Positions 47,753-57,324 of a stretch of 64,000 nt of DNA are shown here, piece by piece. The DNA lies in IMG/VR virus record IMGVR_UViG_3300020112_000486, positions 6,651 to 70,650 of that record; one strand, given 5' to 3'. The notes under the pieces were generated by a model. That model ran no database searches. It saw only the letters and a list, made by a program, of their open reading frames with translations, and had not been told where the DNA came from. The DNA is from a virus. Taxonomy: Duplodnaviria; Caudoviricetes. Every line of letters starts with the position of its first letter. The stretch's first letter is position 1. Both the position numbers and the translations under genes were made by a program.

Positions 47753-49303
47753 ATGGCTGATAAAAAACAAGATCAGTTTGCTGAAATCAATAAAAAGGTT
47801 AAAGATCAGGTTGCGGAATGTTTTAATCTAATCTGGGGTAAGCATATTGCCCATTTTGGACTAGCGGATATACCAATTGGCGATGGAGCTTCAGCTTCAG
47901 GTGAAGAAATTTTTCTTACTGAGAAAAATGATGAACAAAAAACTGTTTTCATGCTTCAGCCATCATACGCAGATAAAGGAACATCTTTTGTAAATCACAA
48001 TAAGAAACTTTTATCAGAAGCTATTGGCATATATTTGGATTTTTACAACAAGTCATTAAAACGGTCAAAAACTTGGAGATCACAAAAGGCATTTGAAGGT
48101 GCTAAGGGCGATTATATTCTTAAAGGCGAATCATTAAAGCTAAAAGACAAAGTTGAATTTGAAAACCCTGAGGACGAAAAGACTGCATTAGCTAAAGCTA
48201 GCGAAATTGAAAAACTTTTTGAAATAATCAATAATTACCAGCTTAATAGAATAGCTGAATATGCAAATGAAAAAGCCGCTGCTGAACTAACAAAATTCAA
48301 ACAGGAACTTGATGGCATTAAAATTGAAAACTTTGAAAATCCTATTCCTGTTAAAATAATCGGCGAAGAAAATAAAGACGACGAACAAGAAATACCGCAG
48401 GAAGTTGAAAAAGATGCAGGTAATGCAATAAAAAGCACAATGGCTATGCCTCAACATGTGGCTGATAATGACTATGATAAGAAGCTTGCGGCAACAAAGA
48501 AACAAATTGAAGAAGGCCGTAAAGCATTAGAAGACTGGATGAATAATGATGAGGACGCTAAAAACCTTATCATTAAAGCAGCAAAGCCTTTTGAAAAATA
48601 TGCTAAGCAAATGCTTCCACAAGTTTGGCTATTTGCTCATGTGAATAAACTAAAGGCTATGTTTGAATCATTGTTGGAATACAATGAAATGTACAACTTG
48701 TTACTTGAAGCTGGCGAAGAAACTGGTGAAGGCGATTCATCAGAACAACCCAGTGATGCTGAACCTAGTGGTAATGGCGCACCTGAAAATGATGCTGCTG
48801 CCAAGGGCAATGATGACCAGGCAAATAAAGAAAAAGAAGAATGGAAGAAAAAAGCCAATGAACTGCTTAAAGGCATTGACGAAATTCTAAAGAAAGAAAA
48901 ACCATCTGAATTTGCTTCTGCTTATGAATCCTGGGGTAAGGCGGTTACTGAATTATTTAATAACATGGCCGCGAATGATAAGCTGAAAGAAAAATTAGCT
49001 GAAATCAAGGATGAAGACCCGTACGTCAAACTTTGTACTGTAGGTCATATTGTTACCGCTAAAGAAGGCGAAGGCGATATGGATCCTAAGGAAGCTGAAG
49101 AAAAAATCAAGGCTGCCCTTAAGGGTAAGAACCCTGATGATTTGACTGACGAAGAAAAGGGTGCTATGCTTTCTGGACTACAAGGCAATGGCGTTCCAGA
49201 AGATATCATTAAAAAGACACTAAATATGGGTGAAGCTTTCACAAATAAAAACTTCTTAACAACACTACGAAGTTTCTTAAAAGAATCAGCTAAGCGAGTA
49301 TAA
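47753..49303 (+). CDS. Hypothetical K/E-rich helical protein
   Basis: 516-aa ORF with GAGG SD; LSEA, LLEA, LKES sites. Confidence 0.6.
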   Translation: MADKKQDQFAEINKKVKDQVAECFNLIWGKHIAHFGLADIPIGDGASASGEEIFLTEKNDEQKTVFMLQPSYADKGTSFVNHNKKLLSEAIGIYLDFYNKSLKRSKTWRSQKAFEGAKGDYILKGESLKLKDKVEFENPEDEKTALAKASEIEKLFEIINNYQLNRIAEYANEKAAAELTKFKQELDGIKIENFENPIPVKIIGEENKDDEQEIPQEVEKDAGNAIKSTMAMPQHVADNDYDKKLAATKKQIEEGRKALEDWMNNDEDAKNLIIKAAKPFEKYAKQMLPQVWLFAHVNKLKAMFESLLEYNEMYNLLLEAGEETGEGDSSEQPSDAEPSGNGAPENDAAAKGNDDQANKEKEEWKKKANELLKGIDEILKKEKPSEFASAYESWGKAVTELFNNMAANDKLKEKLAEIKDEDPYVKLCTVGHIVTAKEGEGDMDPKEAEEKIKAALKGKNPDDLTDEEKGAMLSGLQGNGVPEDIIKKTLNMGEAFTNKNFLTTLRSFLKESAKRV

Positions 49304-49358
49304 ATAAGTATAGCGTGGAAATAAAACTCCACGCTATCTTTATGATGAAAGGTGGTTT

Positions 49359-49667
49359 ATGACTGATAGTGAAATTGATGAATGTTTGTCTGAAATAAAG
49401 GCTATCCTAGAAGATGTTTCAGTTTTAAAAAGCCACGGCATTTCATATGAACAGGTATGCAGCGTTCCGCAATTCTCAAATATGATATTGCTGTTTAATT
49501 ACTGGGGTTTATATGAATCTGACCCCGAACTAATTAAGTTAGCTCTGTATTATGCAACGAATGACAACTGGGATTACATTAACGAGAAAATTTCAGATAT
49601 ATGGCTTAAAAAAGCTAACCTTGAAATTGAGCAAATTATTAAGGAAATTGAAAATTCTTCAGACTGA
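49359..49667 (+). CDS. Hypothetical protein
   Basis: 102-aa ORF with AAGGTGG SD. Confidence 0.5.
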   Translation: MTDSEIDECLSEIKAILEDVSVLKSHGISYEQVCSVPQFSNMILLFNYWGLYESDPELIKLALYYATNDNWDYINEKISDIWLKKANLEIEQIIKEIENSSD

Positions 49668-49703
49668 TAACCTTTATAAATACAATATAGAGGTAAAGAC
49701 GGT

Positions 49704-50753
49704 ATGATTTACGAAAACAATCCAGCAAGACCAGGATACGTTCCTTTCCCGGAACCGCATCATGTTCGCCAGCCATATCCGTACCCGGTTCCACCCCGTC
49801 ACATGAGTGACTTAGAACCGGCTTTTGTTGTACGCCCTGGTGAAGACTGTTGCCCAGACCCGCAGCCTGAATGTGAATGCGTTACAACAGGCGATGTTAT
49901 GCGTTGGAACCATGCCGCTGATATTACCGAAAGTTTGACTGAAGAACAAATTGCGGGTTTAACTTCAATCCCTGATGTATCTGAAATTATTGCATCAGCA
50001 TCAGCTTGGAATAACTGCTATGATACTGTTTCTGCAAATTCTGCAGACTGGGAAGAAATTCGTAAGCTATCAAGTTTCTCAGCTGATACACTGAATAAGT
50101 TTGATGAAATTGAAAGTGCATTTGATAATGTAAATAAAAACATTAGCGCTGTAGAGAAAAAGATACCTGATTATCATTTTGATGTTTCAGGATACTTTCC
50201 TTCAATGACAGGTGATGGTTCTAGCGGTGCACCATACGGCGTTAAAGATTGGCAATCATATGCAAATTTAAGAACTGATTTAAATGACATATATTCTCAT
50301 ATCATTGAAATTCCAGCATCAGACGGATATGCAAAACGATGGATTTTTGATGGCACTAAAGCATACGTCACTGACATCAATACCAGATTTTCAAGGGTTG
50401 ATGAACATGATGATGAACAAGATGGAGAGATCAAACAATTATGGGATGAACTCAGCGGCACTAAGAAATATGCACAATCTGCGCTTAATGAAGTAAAAAC
50501 ATATTTACCAGGACATGGCATTTCAATTTTACCTTATTCAGTAGGTGAAACGAATGAATATGTTATTGCCATTAAACCAGGCGATCTTGATTATGTAATT
50601 CATGACCAAGTTAAAGAAATTGCTACTGAAACAACTAATGACATTTTAAACGGTAAACGATATGTAGAATTTGTAAAACTTAGTAACTATCCAAAAACAA
50701 CAGCTGACATCATCAATTCTACTGCTAATAAAACAATTTATGTTGCAGTTTAG
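49704..50753 (+). CDS. Putative virion structural protein (Pro/Cys-rich N-terminus, coiled segments)
   Basis: PYPYPVPP..DCCPDPQPECEC resembles the Pro-rich N-extension on gp13 here; late promoter hairpin upstream. Confidence 0.45.
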   Translation: MIYENNPARPGYVPFPEPHHVRQPYPYPVPPRHMSDLEPAFVVRPGEDCCPDPQPECECVTTGDVMRWNHAADITESLTEEQIAGLTSIPDVSEIIASASAWNNCYDTVSANSADWEEIRKLSSFSADTLNKFDEIESAFDNVNKNISAVEKKIPDYHFDVSGYFPSMTGDGSSGAPYGVKDWQSYANLRTDLNDIYSHIIEIPASDGYAKRWIFDGTKAYVTDINTRFSRVDEHDDEQDGEIKQLWDELSGTKKYAQSALNEVKTYLPGHGISILPYSVGETNEYVIAIKPGDLDYVIHDQVKEIATETTNDILNGKRYVEFVKLSNYPKTTADIINSTANKTIYVAV

Positions 50754-50761
50754 GTAATATC

Positions 50762-51178
50762 ATGGACATCGCACAAGTTCTTAATGCATTGCTTTCAAGT
50801 GGAAACGCCGTTGGCCTTACACTTTTCAGCATTTGTTATCTTATCATTTATTTTCAGCGTAAATCTACTGGTGAAAAACGTAACAAGGTTGAAGACGAAT
50901 TACGTCTTCAAATTAAACTAGCTAATGACAAAGCAGACGCCGCTGAACTAGCAGCCCAACAGAAAATTGAAGAAGCTGTTGAGGAAATGCAAGAAGAAAT
51001 AAATACATTAAAGACAGAGAGGCTTCTGATGGCAAAAGACATTGAAGTTCTTAAGAACGATGTTGGCGGCGTTAAAGAAGATGTTAAGGAAATCAAATTA
51101 ACATTGAGCAATATCGCCGTTTCAATAGCCGAACTTGCTGCAGCTGCTAAAGTTAGAAACGAAGAAAAACAAGGGTAA
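50762..51178 (+). CDS. Single-TM coiled-coil protein (holin-like candidate)
   Basis: Hydrophobic AVGLTLFSICYLIIYF then basic residues and a long coiled coil. Confidence 0.45.
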   Translation: MDIAQVLNALLSSGNAVGLTLFSICYLIIYFQRKSTGEKRNKVEDELRLQIKLANDKADAAELAAQQKIEEAVEEMQEEINTLKTERLLMAKDIEVLKNDVGGVKEDVKEIKLTLSNIAVSIAELAAAAKVRNEEKQG

Positions 51179-51180
51179 GT

Positions 51181-51594
51181 ATGGACAAAACTTTTAGTCA
51201 ATTTTTAGCTGAAAGTAAGGTGTTCACATCAAAGGAAGATAACCCTTTGATTTACACACTAATCATACCAAAGCTAGTTCAGTATGATGGTTGTAAAGAC
51301 ACCGTAAAGGATGATAAGGCGCTTTTTGAACTCGTCAATAAAGTTGAAAAACTGATGAGTAAACTTGACGTTAAACAGCTTAAAAAGTTATATAATCCTG
51401 TAGTAATGTTTAACGTGTTTGAACAAGAAAGCACGAAGAAAGCAACCAAAGAATTTGTGCTTCAATACTTTACTGAGTTTGAACAGCAAATTGCTGGCGA
51501 AGAGGTTACTTTTGAAGGTGCATATAAAATACATTCCACATTTAAGCAGTTAAAGGATAGCGAAGAATTTAAAGCATATCTGCAATCCTTATAA
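51181..51594 (+). CDS. Putative internal head protein with T4-type CTS
   Basis: MDKTFSQFLAES parallels the T4 CTS MKTYQEFIAE. Confidence 0.6.
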   Translation: MDKTFSQFLAESKVFTSKEDNPLIYTLIIPKLVQYDGCKDTVKDDKALFELVNKVEKLMSKLDVKQLKKLYNPVVMFNVFEQESTKKATKEFVLQYFTEFEQQIAGEEVTFEGAYKIHSTFKQLKDSEEFKAYLQSL

Positions 51595-51626
51595 ATAAAA
51601 TATAAAAGGTTTTAGGAGATCTAAAA

Positions 51627-52385
51627 ATGGCAAAGAAACAACAGAAGGCTACTCGCCGTAAGACAAATTTGTATGAAGGATTCCTTGATGGTGCTGAAGA
51701 CGAAGTAAAGACACCAGAGGAAGCTCCTGTTGAAACATCTGAAGAAGAAGGTGCAGAAGGCGCTGAAGAAGAAAACGACATCGCTGAAGAACCTTTAGGC
51801 GATGATGAACTCGACGGTAATGGCGACGGCGAAGCTGATGACGCTGCATCTAACGAAGAAGCTGGCGTTGAACCTGAAGGTTCTGAAGCTGAAGACAATT
51901 TACAGGATACATTGCAGACACTTATCACTGCTGTTCAGGGTTTGACTGACCAAATCGCAAAACAGAACGGTGAAGGTGGTGATGACGAATCTACAGGTGA
52001 TGATGATTCCGCTGGTGCTGAAACATCTGACGAAGAAACAGCTGAACCTGAAGAAGATGATTCTGATTTTGAAGGCGATGAAGAAACATCTGAAGAAAGT
52101 TCTGATGAAGAATCAAGCGAAGAAGAAAGCTCTGATGAAGAAAGCTCAGACGACGAAACTACAAACGAAATGTTGAAACCTTTCTATAAGCGCGGCAAAA
52201 TGCTTCACGAAGATTCTTCTTACTTGCTAGGTAAGCTTGAACATTATCGCTTTGACAAGCTTGAACCTGTTATCATGGCTATCGCTGAGTCAAAGATTCG
52301 CCGTCGCATTGAAGGCGCCAAGTCTCAATTCCGCCAGGAAGCTATTGCTGCTCGTTTGAACGGCATCTCTTCCGACGAAGAATAA
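51627..52385 (+). CDS. Highly acidic prohead-core-like protein
   Basis: E/D-rich, central short coiled coil, LYEG and LHED sites. Confidence 0.55.
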   Translation: MAKKQQKATRRKTNLYEGFLDGAEDEVKTPEEAPVETSEEEGAEGAEEENDIAEEPLGDDELDGNGDGEADDAASNEEAGVEPEGSEAEDNLQDTLQTLITAVQGLTDQIAKQNGEGGDDESTGDDDSAGAETSDEETAEPEEDDSDFEGDEETSEESSDEESSEEESSDEESSDDETTNEMLKPFYKRGKMLHEDSSYLLGKLEHYRFDKLEPVIMAIAESKIRRRIEGAKSQFRQEAIAARLNGISSDEE

Positions 52386-52458
52386 TCGTTAAACATTTCT
52401 AAAACCTATTAAACGGTGGTCGGTTTCCGGCTGCCGTTTTTTCATATATAAATACTAT

Positions 52459-53064
52459 ATGAAACAGTTTGATAAATTATGTGATACATTCAATATAGAT
52501 GGCGTAAGCGAAAGCGTCATTAATGCTGCAATAGCACCTCCGGCACCAGTTGTAGTTCCCGATGAAGACGAGGACGAAACTGATGAATCCCCTGAGACAC
52601 CTGAACCTCAACCGCAGCTAACCTATAAAGGTCAAAAATATACACTTGACTCATTCCGCTATATGAAGTCTTTGCTACAGCAAAAGATTCAAACGGACAG
52701 TGATGTTTTGGCTACAATGCAACAGATGTGTAAGGTTGGTGCTAACGCTCGTCTATTTGAAGTATATGCAACTTTATCAAATACTGTTGCGGCACAAATT
52801 AAACAGCTGCAGGATATGGAAAAGGTGATGACTGACTATCAGGTCACTGAAGAACGCGAAAAAATGCAGCGCGAAAACATGGCTCAAAAGGAACGCCTTT
52901 TACAGATTAAAGCTGAAGCTGGTGCTGGTGGCAATACTTATAACATTCAAAATAACACAAACCTTTGCTTAACCTCAACTGAGCTCGAAGCAATGCTTGA
53001 AAAGGCAGACACAGATCGGCAAATAAATACTGCACAGATTTCAACGGATTTTGATTTAGAATAA
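52459..53064 (+). CDS. gp16: Terminase small subunit (gp16-like)
   Basis: ARLFEVYATL...QLQDMEK...NIQNNTNLCLTSTELEAML parallels T4-like TerS (PRAYEV...NNALFVGST.EL). Confidence 0.65.
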   Translation: MKQFDKLCDTFNIDGVSESVINAAIAPPAPVVVPDEDEDETDESPETPEPQPQLTYKGQKYTLDSFRYMKSLLQQKIQTDSDVLATMQQMCKVGANARLFEVYATLSNTVAAQIKQLQDMEKVMTDYQVTEEREKMQRENMAQKERLLQIKAEAGAGGNTYNIQNNTNLCLTSTELEAMLEKADTDRQINTAQISTDFDLE

Positions 53065-53065
53065 G

Positions 53066-54106
53066 ATGGTTAAGTATTCAACTTTTTATAGGATTCAAGA
53101 ACGCGATAAGTTCTTCAACAGCTTTTGTAAGCGATACATAAAGACGAATGACGAGTCTTTACGCGAAAGCATGGAAGACACTGCTTTTGAGCTTATGGAA
53201 GTTATTGTGAAGATGCTTCTTGATGACAACCTTGATGATTTAGTTTATATCTTGTCAAAGCAAAATGCTAAACACGCTCGAGTTTTCTTTGACTATTTCA
53301 CTGGCCTAAAAACAAAACATATGAAAAAGGCCGATATCGTTTCGAGTGTGAATGAATTTTTTGACCAAAAGGAGAAAGACATGAAAGACATTGCGGCTTA
53401 CCTTAAGGAAACAGTCAAGCCTGTAAAGCTTGAACTAAAGTATAAGCCATTTAAGTTGAATGAAGCTGACGATGATGGCGGCGATATGGGTGGTGACGAC
53501 GCTGGTGGTGATGATCCGTTTGGTGATGACGCTGGCGGAGATGATCCATTCGGAGATGATGCTGGCGGAGATGATCCGTTTGGCGACGGCGGAGACGACG
53601 CTGGTGGCGATGATTCTAGCGGCGGTGACGACGATGAAGAAAAGGACGGCGACGACGAAGAAACTGAAGAAGATGAATACGATATTGAAGGCCACGAAGA
53701 CGATCCTGAATTTAAGGGCGTTCAGAAAACAGGCGATGTCGTAAAGCCGGCAGCTGCTGCAGCTTGCGTTGTTAGCATTGATGAAGTGATGGTTGCTTTG
53801 AATGCAATGATTAACTCATTGCCTGATAATCAGCTTGCTGAAATTGAAGCAGTTAAGAAAGCCGTTACTTTGATTTTCAATGGTAAGATTCTTAAGCCTG
53901 AAGATGTTACATTCCAGAATCCTAAGAATGCTGCATTCCTAATCAAAAAGCTAAGCGATAACTTGAATGAAAAAACACGCCATTATTTGGTCCGCAAAAT
54001 CAAGGAGCCTTTGATTAAGCTCCGTGACCAGAACAAGGAAGAACTGGCTGCTATGAAGAACGATACTCAGAATATCAGATCTACCTTGTCCAAAATGGAC
54101 ATGTAA
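53066..54106 (+). CDS. Two-module protein with GDDAGGDDPF repeats; possible nested start at 53381
   Basis: Internal AAGGAG + in-frame ATG (MKDIAAYLKET); acidic Gly-rich repeats. Confidence 0.6.
   Translation: MVKYSTFYRIQERDKFFNSFCKRYIKTNDESLRESMEDTAFELMEVIVKMLLDDNLDDLVYILSKQNAKHARVFFDYFTGLKTKHMKKADIVSSVNEFFDQKEKDMKDIAAYLKETVKPVKLELKYKPFKLNEADDDGGDMGGDDAGGDDPFGDDAGGDDPFGDDAGGDDPFGDGGDDAGGDDSSGGDDDEEKDGDDEETEEDEYDIEGHEDDPEFKGVQKTGDVVKPAAAAACVVSIDEVMVALNAMINSLPDNQLAEIEAVKKAVTLIFNGKILKPEDVTFQNPKNAAFLIKKLSDNLNEKTRHYLVRKIKEPLIKLRDQNKEELAAMKNDTQNIRSTLSKMDM
53492..53581 (+). repeat. 30-nt coding tandem repeat x3 (GDDAGGDDPF)
   Basis: Three copies with synonymous variation, followed by a degenerate copy. 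Confidence 0.85.
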
Positions 54107-54114
54107 TTAACAAA

Positions 54115-54201
54115 GGACAGATAGGCTACTACCCCTATTTGGCGTGCTGTTGCCTCAGCACGCCTAACTTTTATAAATATCAAAATGGTAGGCAAACCAT
54201 T
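54115..54201 (+). promoter_or_regulatory. Hairpin module A (loop TTGCCT) + late promoter + hairpin B (loop AGGCAA)
   Basis: GGACA-AGATAGG/CCTATTT; GGCGTGCTG/CAGCACGCC; CTAAC; TATAAATA 54172-54179; AATGGT/ACCATT. Confidence 0.75.
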
Positions 54202-54217
54202 AAATGAAGGTAGTAAT

Positions 54218-55309
54218 ATGATACAAGAAATATGTCTTGAATGCGGGCAAATTGCTGTATTAAATAAGCATGTTAGAAAACATGGCTTAACATCCGAAGA
54301 GTATTACAGAAAATGGCTAATGAAACCAAATGAAGGTTTCTGTAAAGTATGCGGTAAACCAACAAAGTTTTGTGGCTTATCTGAAAAATGTTTTCAACCA
54401 TACTGTAGTAATAAATGTCATAATAATGATGCTGAATACTTAGCTGACCGTAGCGAAAAACGCAAAAATCTTTCACCCGAAGCAAAGGCCGCTATTCGTG
54501 CCAAACAGATTAAAACTTGGGAAACAACTATGGGCAATGATTGGGCAAAGATTATGGCACATAACGGTTTTGAAACTTATAAGAAACGTACAGGCTATGA
54601 TACACCGTGGCATGATCCGGCAGTAAAACAAAAATGCCGTGAAAGATGGAATAATGAAAATTCGCCGGCATGTTTAGCTGATGTTAAAGAAAAGATTTCA
54701 AAAAGTACCAAGACTTATTTTGATGAAACCAAAGAAGAACGCATTGCTTTACAGTTAAAACATTTACAAGAAAAGTGTAAAGACTTGATAGCTATTGACG
54801 GCAATTGGAAAATTTACAAATGTCCGAACTGTGGCGCTGAAACAAAAATAGGATCTAAGGCTATTGGAACTGCTGTTAAATATAATGATTTTAATCATTT
54901 ATGCAGCAAGTGCCATTGCATGAATGGCACATCATTTAAGGAACAGGAACTGATATCATTTTTAAAAACATTTGACGAAACTATTATAGAACATGATAGA
55001 ACTATTTTAGCAGGTAAAGAGCTAGACGCGTATATGCCAAATTTAAATGTAGCATTCGAGTTTGATGGTACTTATTGGCATGCCGATCCGCGATTTTTTA
55101 ATGAAGACGCGATTATGCGTTATAATCATGATGGATCACCTTTAACTGCTGGAATGATTTGGACCTATGATAATGAAAAAACTTTACTATGCCAAACAAA
55201 AAATATCAAGCTAATACGCATACAAGAATATGATTGGATAAATAATCGTGAATATATAAAAAACAAAATCAGTGAGGTTATTAACAATGTTAAATGCAAC
55301 AACGAATGA
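54218..55309 (+). CDS. Free-standing Vsr/EDxHD-like homing endonuclease with Zn-ribbons
   Basis: CLECG..H..KHGLTSEEYY..CKVCGKPTKF; SFKEQE...GKELDAYMP..VAFEFDGTYWHAD...LIRIQEYDW; probable start ATG 54218. Confidence 0.8.
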   Translation: MIQEICLECGQIAVLNKHVRKHGLTSEEYYRKWLMKPNEGFCKVCGKPTKFCGLSEKCFQPYCSNKCHNNDAEYLADRSEKRKNLSPEAKAAIRAKQIKTWETTMGNDWAKIMAHNGFETYKKRTGYDTPWHDPAVKQKCRERWNNENSPACLADVKEKISKSTKTYFDETKEERIALQLKHLQEKCKDLIAIDGNWKIYKCPNCGAETKIGSKAIGTAVKYNDFNHLCSKCHCMNGTSFKEQELISFLKTFDETIIEHDRTILAGKELDAYMPNLNVAFEFDGTYWHADPRFFNEDAIMRYNHDGSPLTAGMIWTYDNEKTLLCQTKNIKLIRIQEYDWINNREYIKNKISEVINNVKCNNE

Positions 55310-56474
55310 TGGTAAAAATTTAGCACTAATCCTATACGGCGACACAAGCGGCTGCTCACACTACAGGCTCCGTTGGAACGCTTTGTATTATGCCGGACAT
55401 GAACATCTTGGCTTTGTACCTTTGCTTATGCCATTTCCAATCTTTGATGGCAATTACCTAGCTCGTGCAAAGGTCATCATCATGCAACGCCCAGTTGCAA
55501 GAGAACATATTGAAATTGTCAAGCGATACAAGGCACTGCAGCCTAAGTTTGGTTATAAACTTGTATTTGAAGTTGATGACCAAGTTTTCCAGATTGATGG
55601 TCAATGCGTGCCTGAATACAATTCAGCATCATTGCATTTTGATGGCAAAGACACGACCGAAGTTTGCCGTGAAGTTCTACCGATGTTTGATGAAATCGTT
55701 GTTTCAACAGATTACTTAAAACAGAAGATGGAAGAAATTTTTGATGTGCACAATGTAACTGTTATTCGTAATGTTGTGCCTCGCTTCCTTTGGTCTTATC
55801 CTCGCAAGCAGGAAATTACCGAAGACATCAAAAAGCCAACGGTTGTTTACTCAGGTTCGCCTTGCCACTATCGTAACCCTGTTCCTAAGCGTGATCCGTC
55901 CCCGCTGGAGCCTAAAGGCTTCCCAGGTATTTCACCGTTGAAAGGCGATATGGATAATGCTTGGTGTGATTGGGTTGTCAAGAATGTTCGTGAAGATAAA
56001 ATTAACTTTGTTGTAATGGGTGCATTGCCTTGGTTCTGGGAGTGCATCAAAGACAAGATTAAGTTTATCCCGTGGGTTGACTGCAATAGCTTCCCAAGAC
56101 AGGTAATGGAAACTGGCGCTGATTTTAGTTTCGCACCGCTTGTAAACAATACATTTAATAAGTGTAAATCAAGCCTTCGCTTTACTGAATCTTGTGCCGC
56201 TGGACAGGTATTCTTGGGAACTGTATTCACAGCTGATAAGTATAGTCCATACGAAGAAATTCATGAACTAGGTAAAGTTCCTGATAATGCAACTGTTGAA
56301 CAGATTGATGAAAAGTTCTGGAATCTTTGTAAAAAGGAAAACTATAATAAGGTACTTAACTGGCAGTATGATTTCATCAATAATGCAGGCTACTGGCTCG
56401 AAAGCGATAAGCATGCAAATCAGTGGCTATCAATGGTTGATAGTGGCGCGGTTTGCAAGACGCCGTTTATCTAA
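55287..56474 (+). CDS. Glycosyltransferase (GT-B fold)
   Basis: SGCSHYRL, IIMQRP, FEVDD, IVVSTDYLK, VIRNVVP, VVYSGSPCH, FAPLVNNTFNKCKS. Confidence 0.75.
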   Translation: MLNATTNDGKNLALILYGDTSGCSHYRLRWNALYYAGHEHLGFVPLLMPFPIFDGNYLARAKVIIMQRPVAREHIEIVKRYKALQPKFGYKLVFEVDDQVFQIDGQCVPEYNSASLHFDGKDTTEVCREVLPMFDEIVVSTDYLKQKMEEIFDVHNVTVIRNVVPRFLWSYPRKQEITEDIKKPTVVYSGSPCHYRNPVPKRDPSPLEPKGFPGISPLKGDMDNAWCDWVVKNVREDKINFVVMGALPWFWECIKDKIKFIPWVDCNSFPRQVMETGADFSFAPLVNNTFNKCKSSLRFTESCAAGQVFLGTVFTADKYSPYEEIHELGKVPDNATVEQIDEKFWNLCKKENYNKVLNWQYDFINNAGYWLESDKHANQWLSMVDSGAVCKTPFI

Positions 56475-56551
56475 TCATATAGAACCATTTATGAGGGGAC
56501 TTAGGTCCCCTCTTTTTGTGTATAAATACAAAAAAAGGAGAATGGTATCTA

Positions 56552-57304
56552 ATGGATTGGTCTGAATATCTAAATCAGCAACTGACTGAAACCCTTAAGA
56601 AGAAAGTAGTCATTCGTAATTCAAAGAAGGTCTATAAATGGGTTAGCTCAGACCCTGATAAGTATGATGTCGTTCGTGATGCAAATGGCAACTTTCACGA
56701 AGTACCGCGTGATAAAGCATTGGACAAGAAAAAGTCGTTAATCGCAAAAGTTGTTCAAAAAACAGCAAAGAGTAAAGGCAAAGCGAAACGAGCAGCATCC
56801 TTTAAAGCGCGTGAACGCGTTGGCCTTGAATACAATAAAGAAATGCCTGACATCGTTAGATCTCGTGGCCCAGGCGGACATGTACCGGGTGGCCCGATGA
56901 AAGAAGCTACTTTGAATGAAGCACCACATTCATACTTATATAGTGATGATGCCGGGGATCATATCTGGGACTTTTATGCTGAAATCAGAAACGACTGCAG
57001 TTGGCTTCTTGATGTAGTTTCAATTTATCAAGATCGTAAGTTAATGACTCAGGACGGTGGTGCTCAAGAAAACGAAGAGCTACTTGATATTCCTGAAGAA
57101 GCACTTCCTGAGATTACTGACAATCTAATGTATAACATTGAGTTCTTGCTTATTGCTGCGAAAGATTTCGTAAGAGCTCCAATGGACATTAAAAACAAGT
57201 TCAAAAATGGCATTCCTGTTAAACTTTTTGATGCGTTGAAACCATACATTGATAAGATGCAACGCAAAACTCCGCTGTCCGACTATCAGGACGACAATAA
57301 ATAA
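56552..57304 (+). CDS. Prohead core protein (gp68-like) with C-terminal extension
   Basis: LTE-TLKKKVVIRNSKKVYKW...basic KAKRAASFKARERVGL resembles the gp68 pattern. Confidence 0.5.
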   Translation: MDWSEYLNQQLTETLKKKVVIRNSKKVYKWVSSDPDKYDVVRDANGNFHEVPRDKALDKKKSLIAKVVQKTAKSKGKAKRAASFKARERVGLEYNKEMPDIVRSRGPGGHVPGGPMKEATLNEAPHSYLYSDDAGDHIWDFYAEIRNDCSWLLDVVSIYQDRKLMTQDGGAQENEELLDIPEEALPEITDNLMYNIEFLLIAAKDFVRAPMDIKNKFKNGIPVKLFDALKPYIDKMQRKTPLSDYQDDNK

Positions 57305-57324
57305 ACTAGCAGTGAGGATATAAA

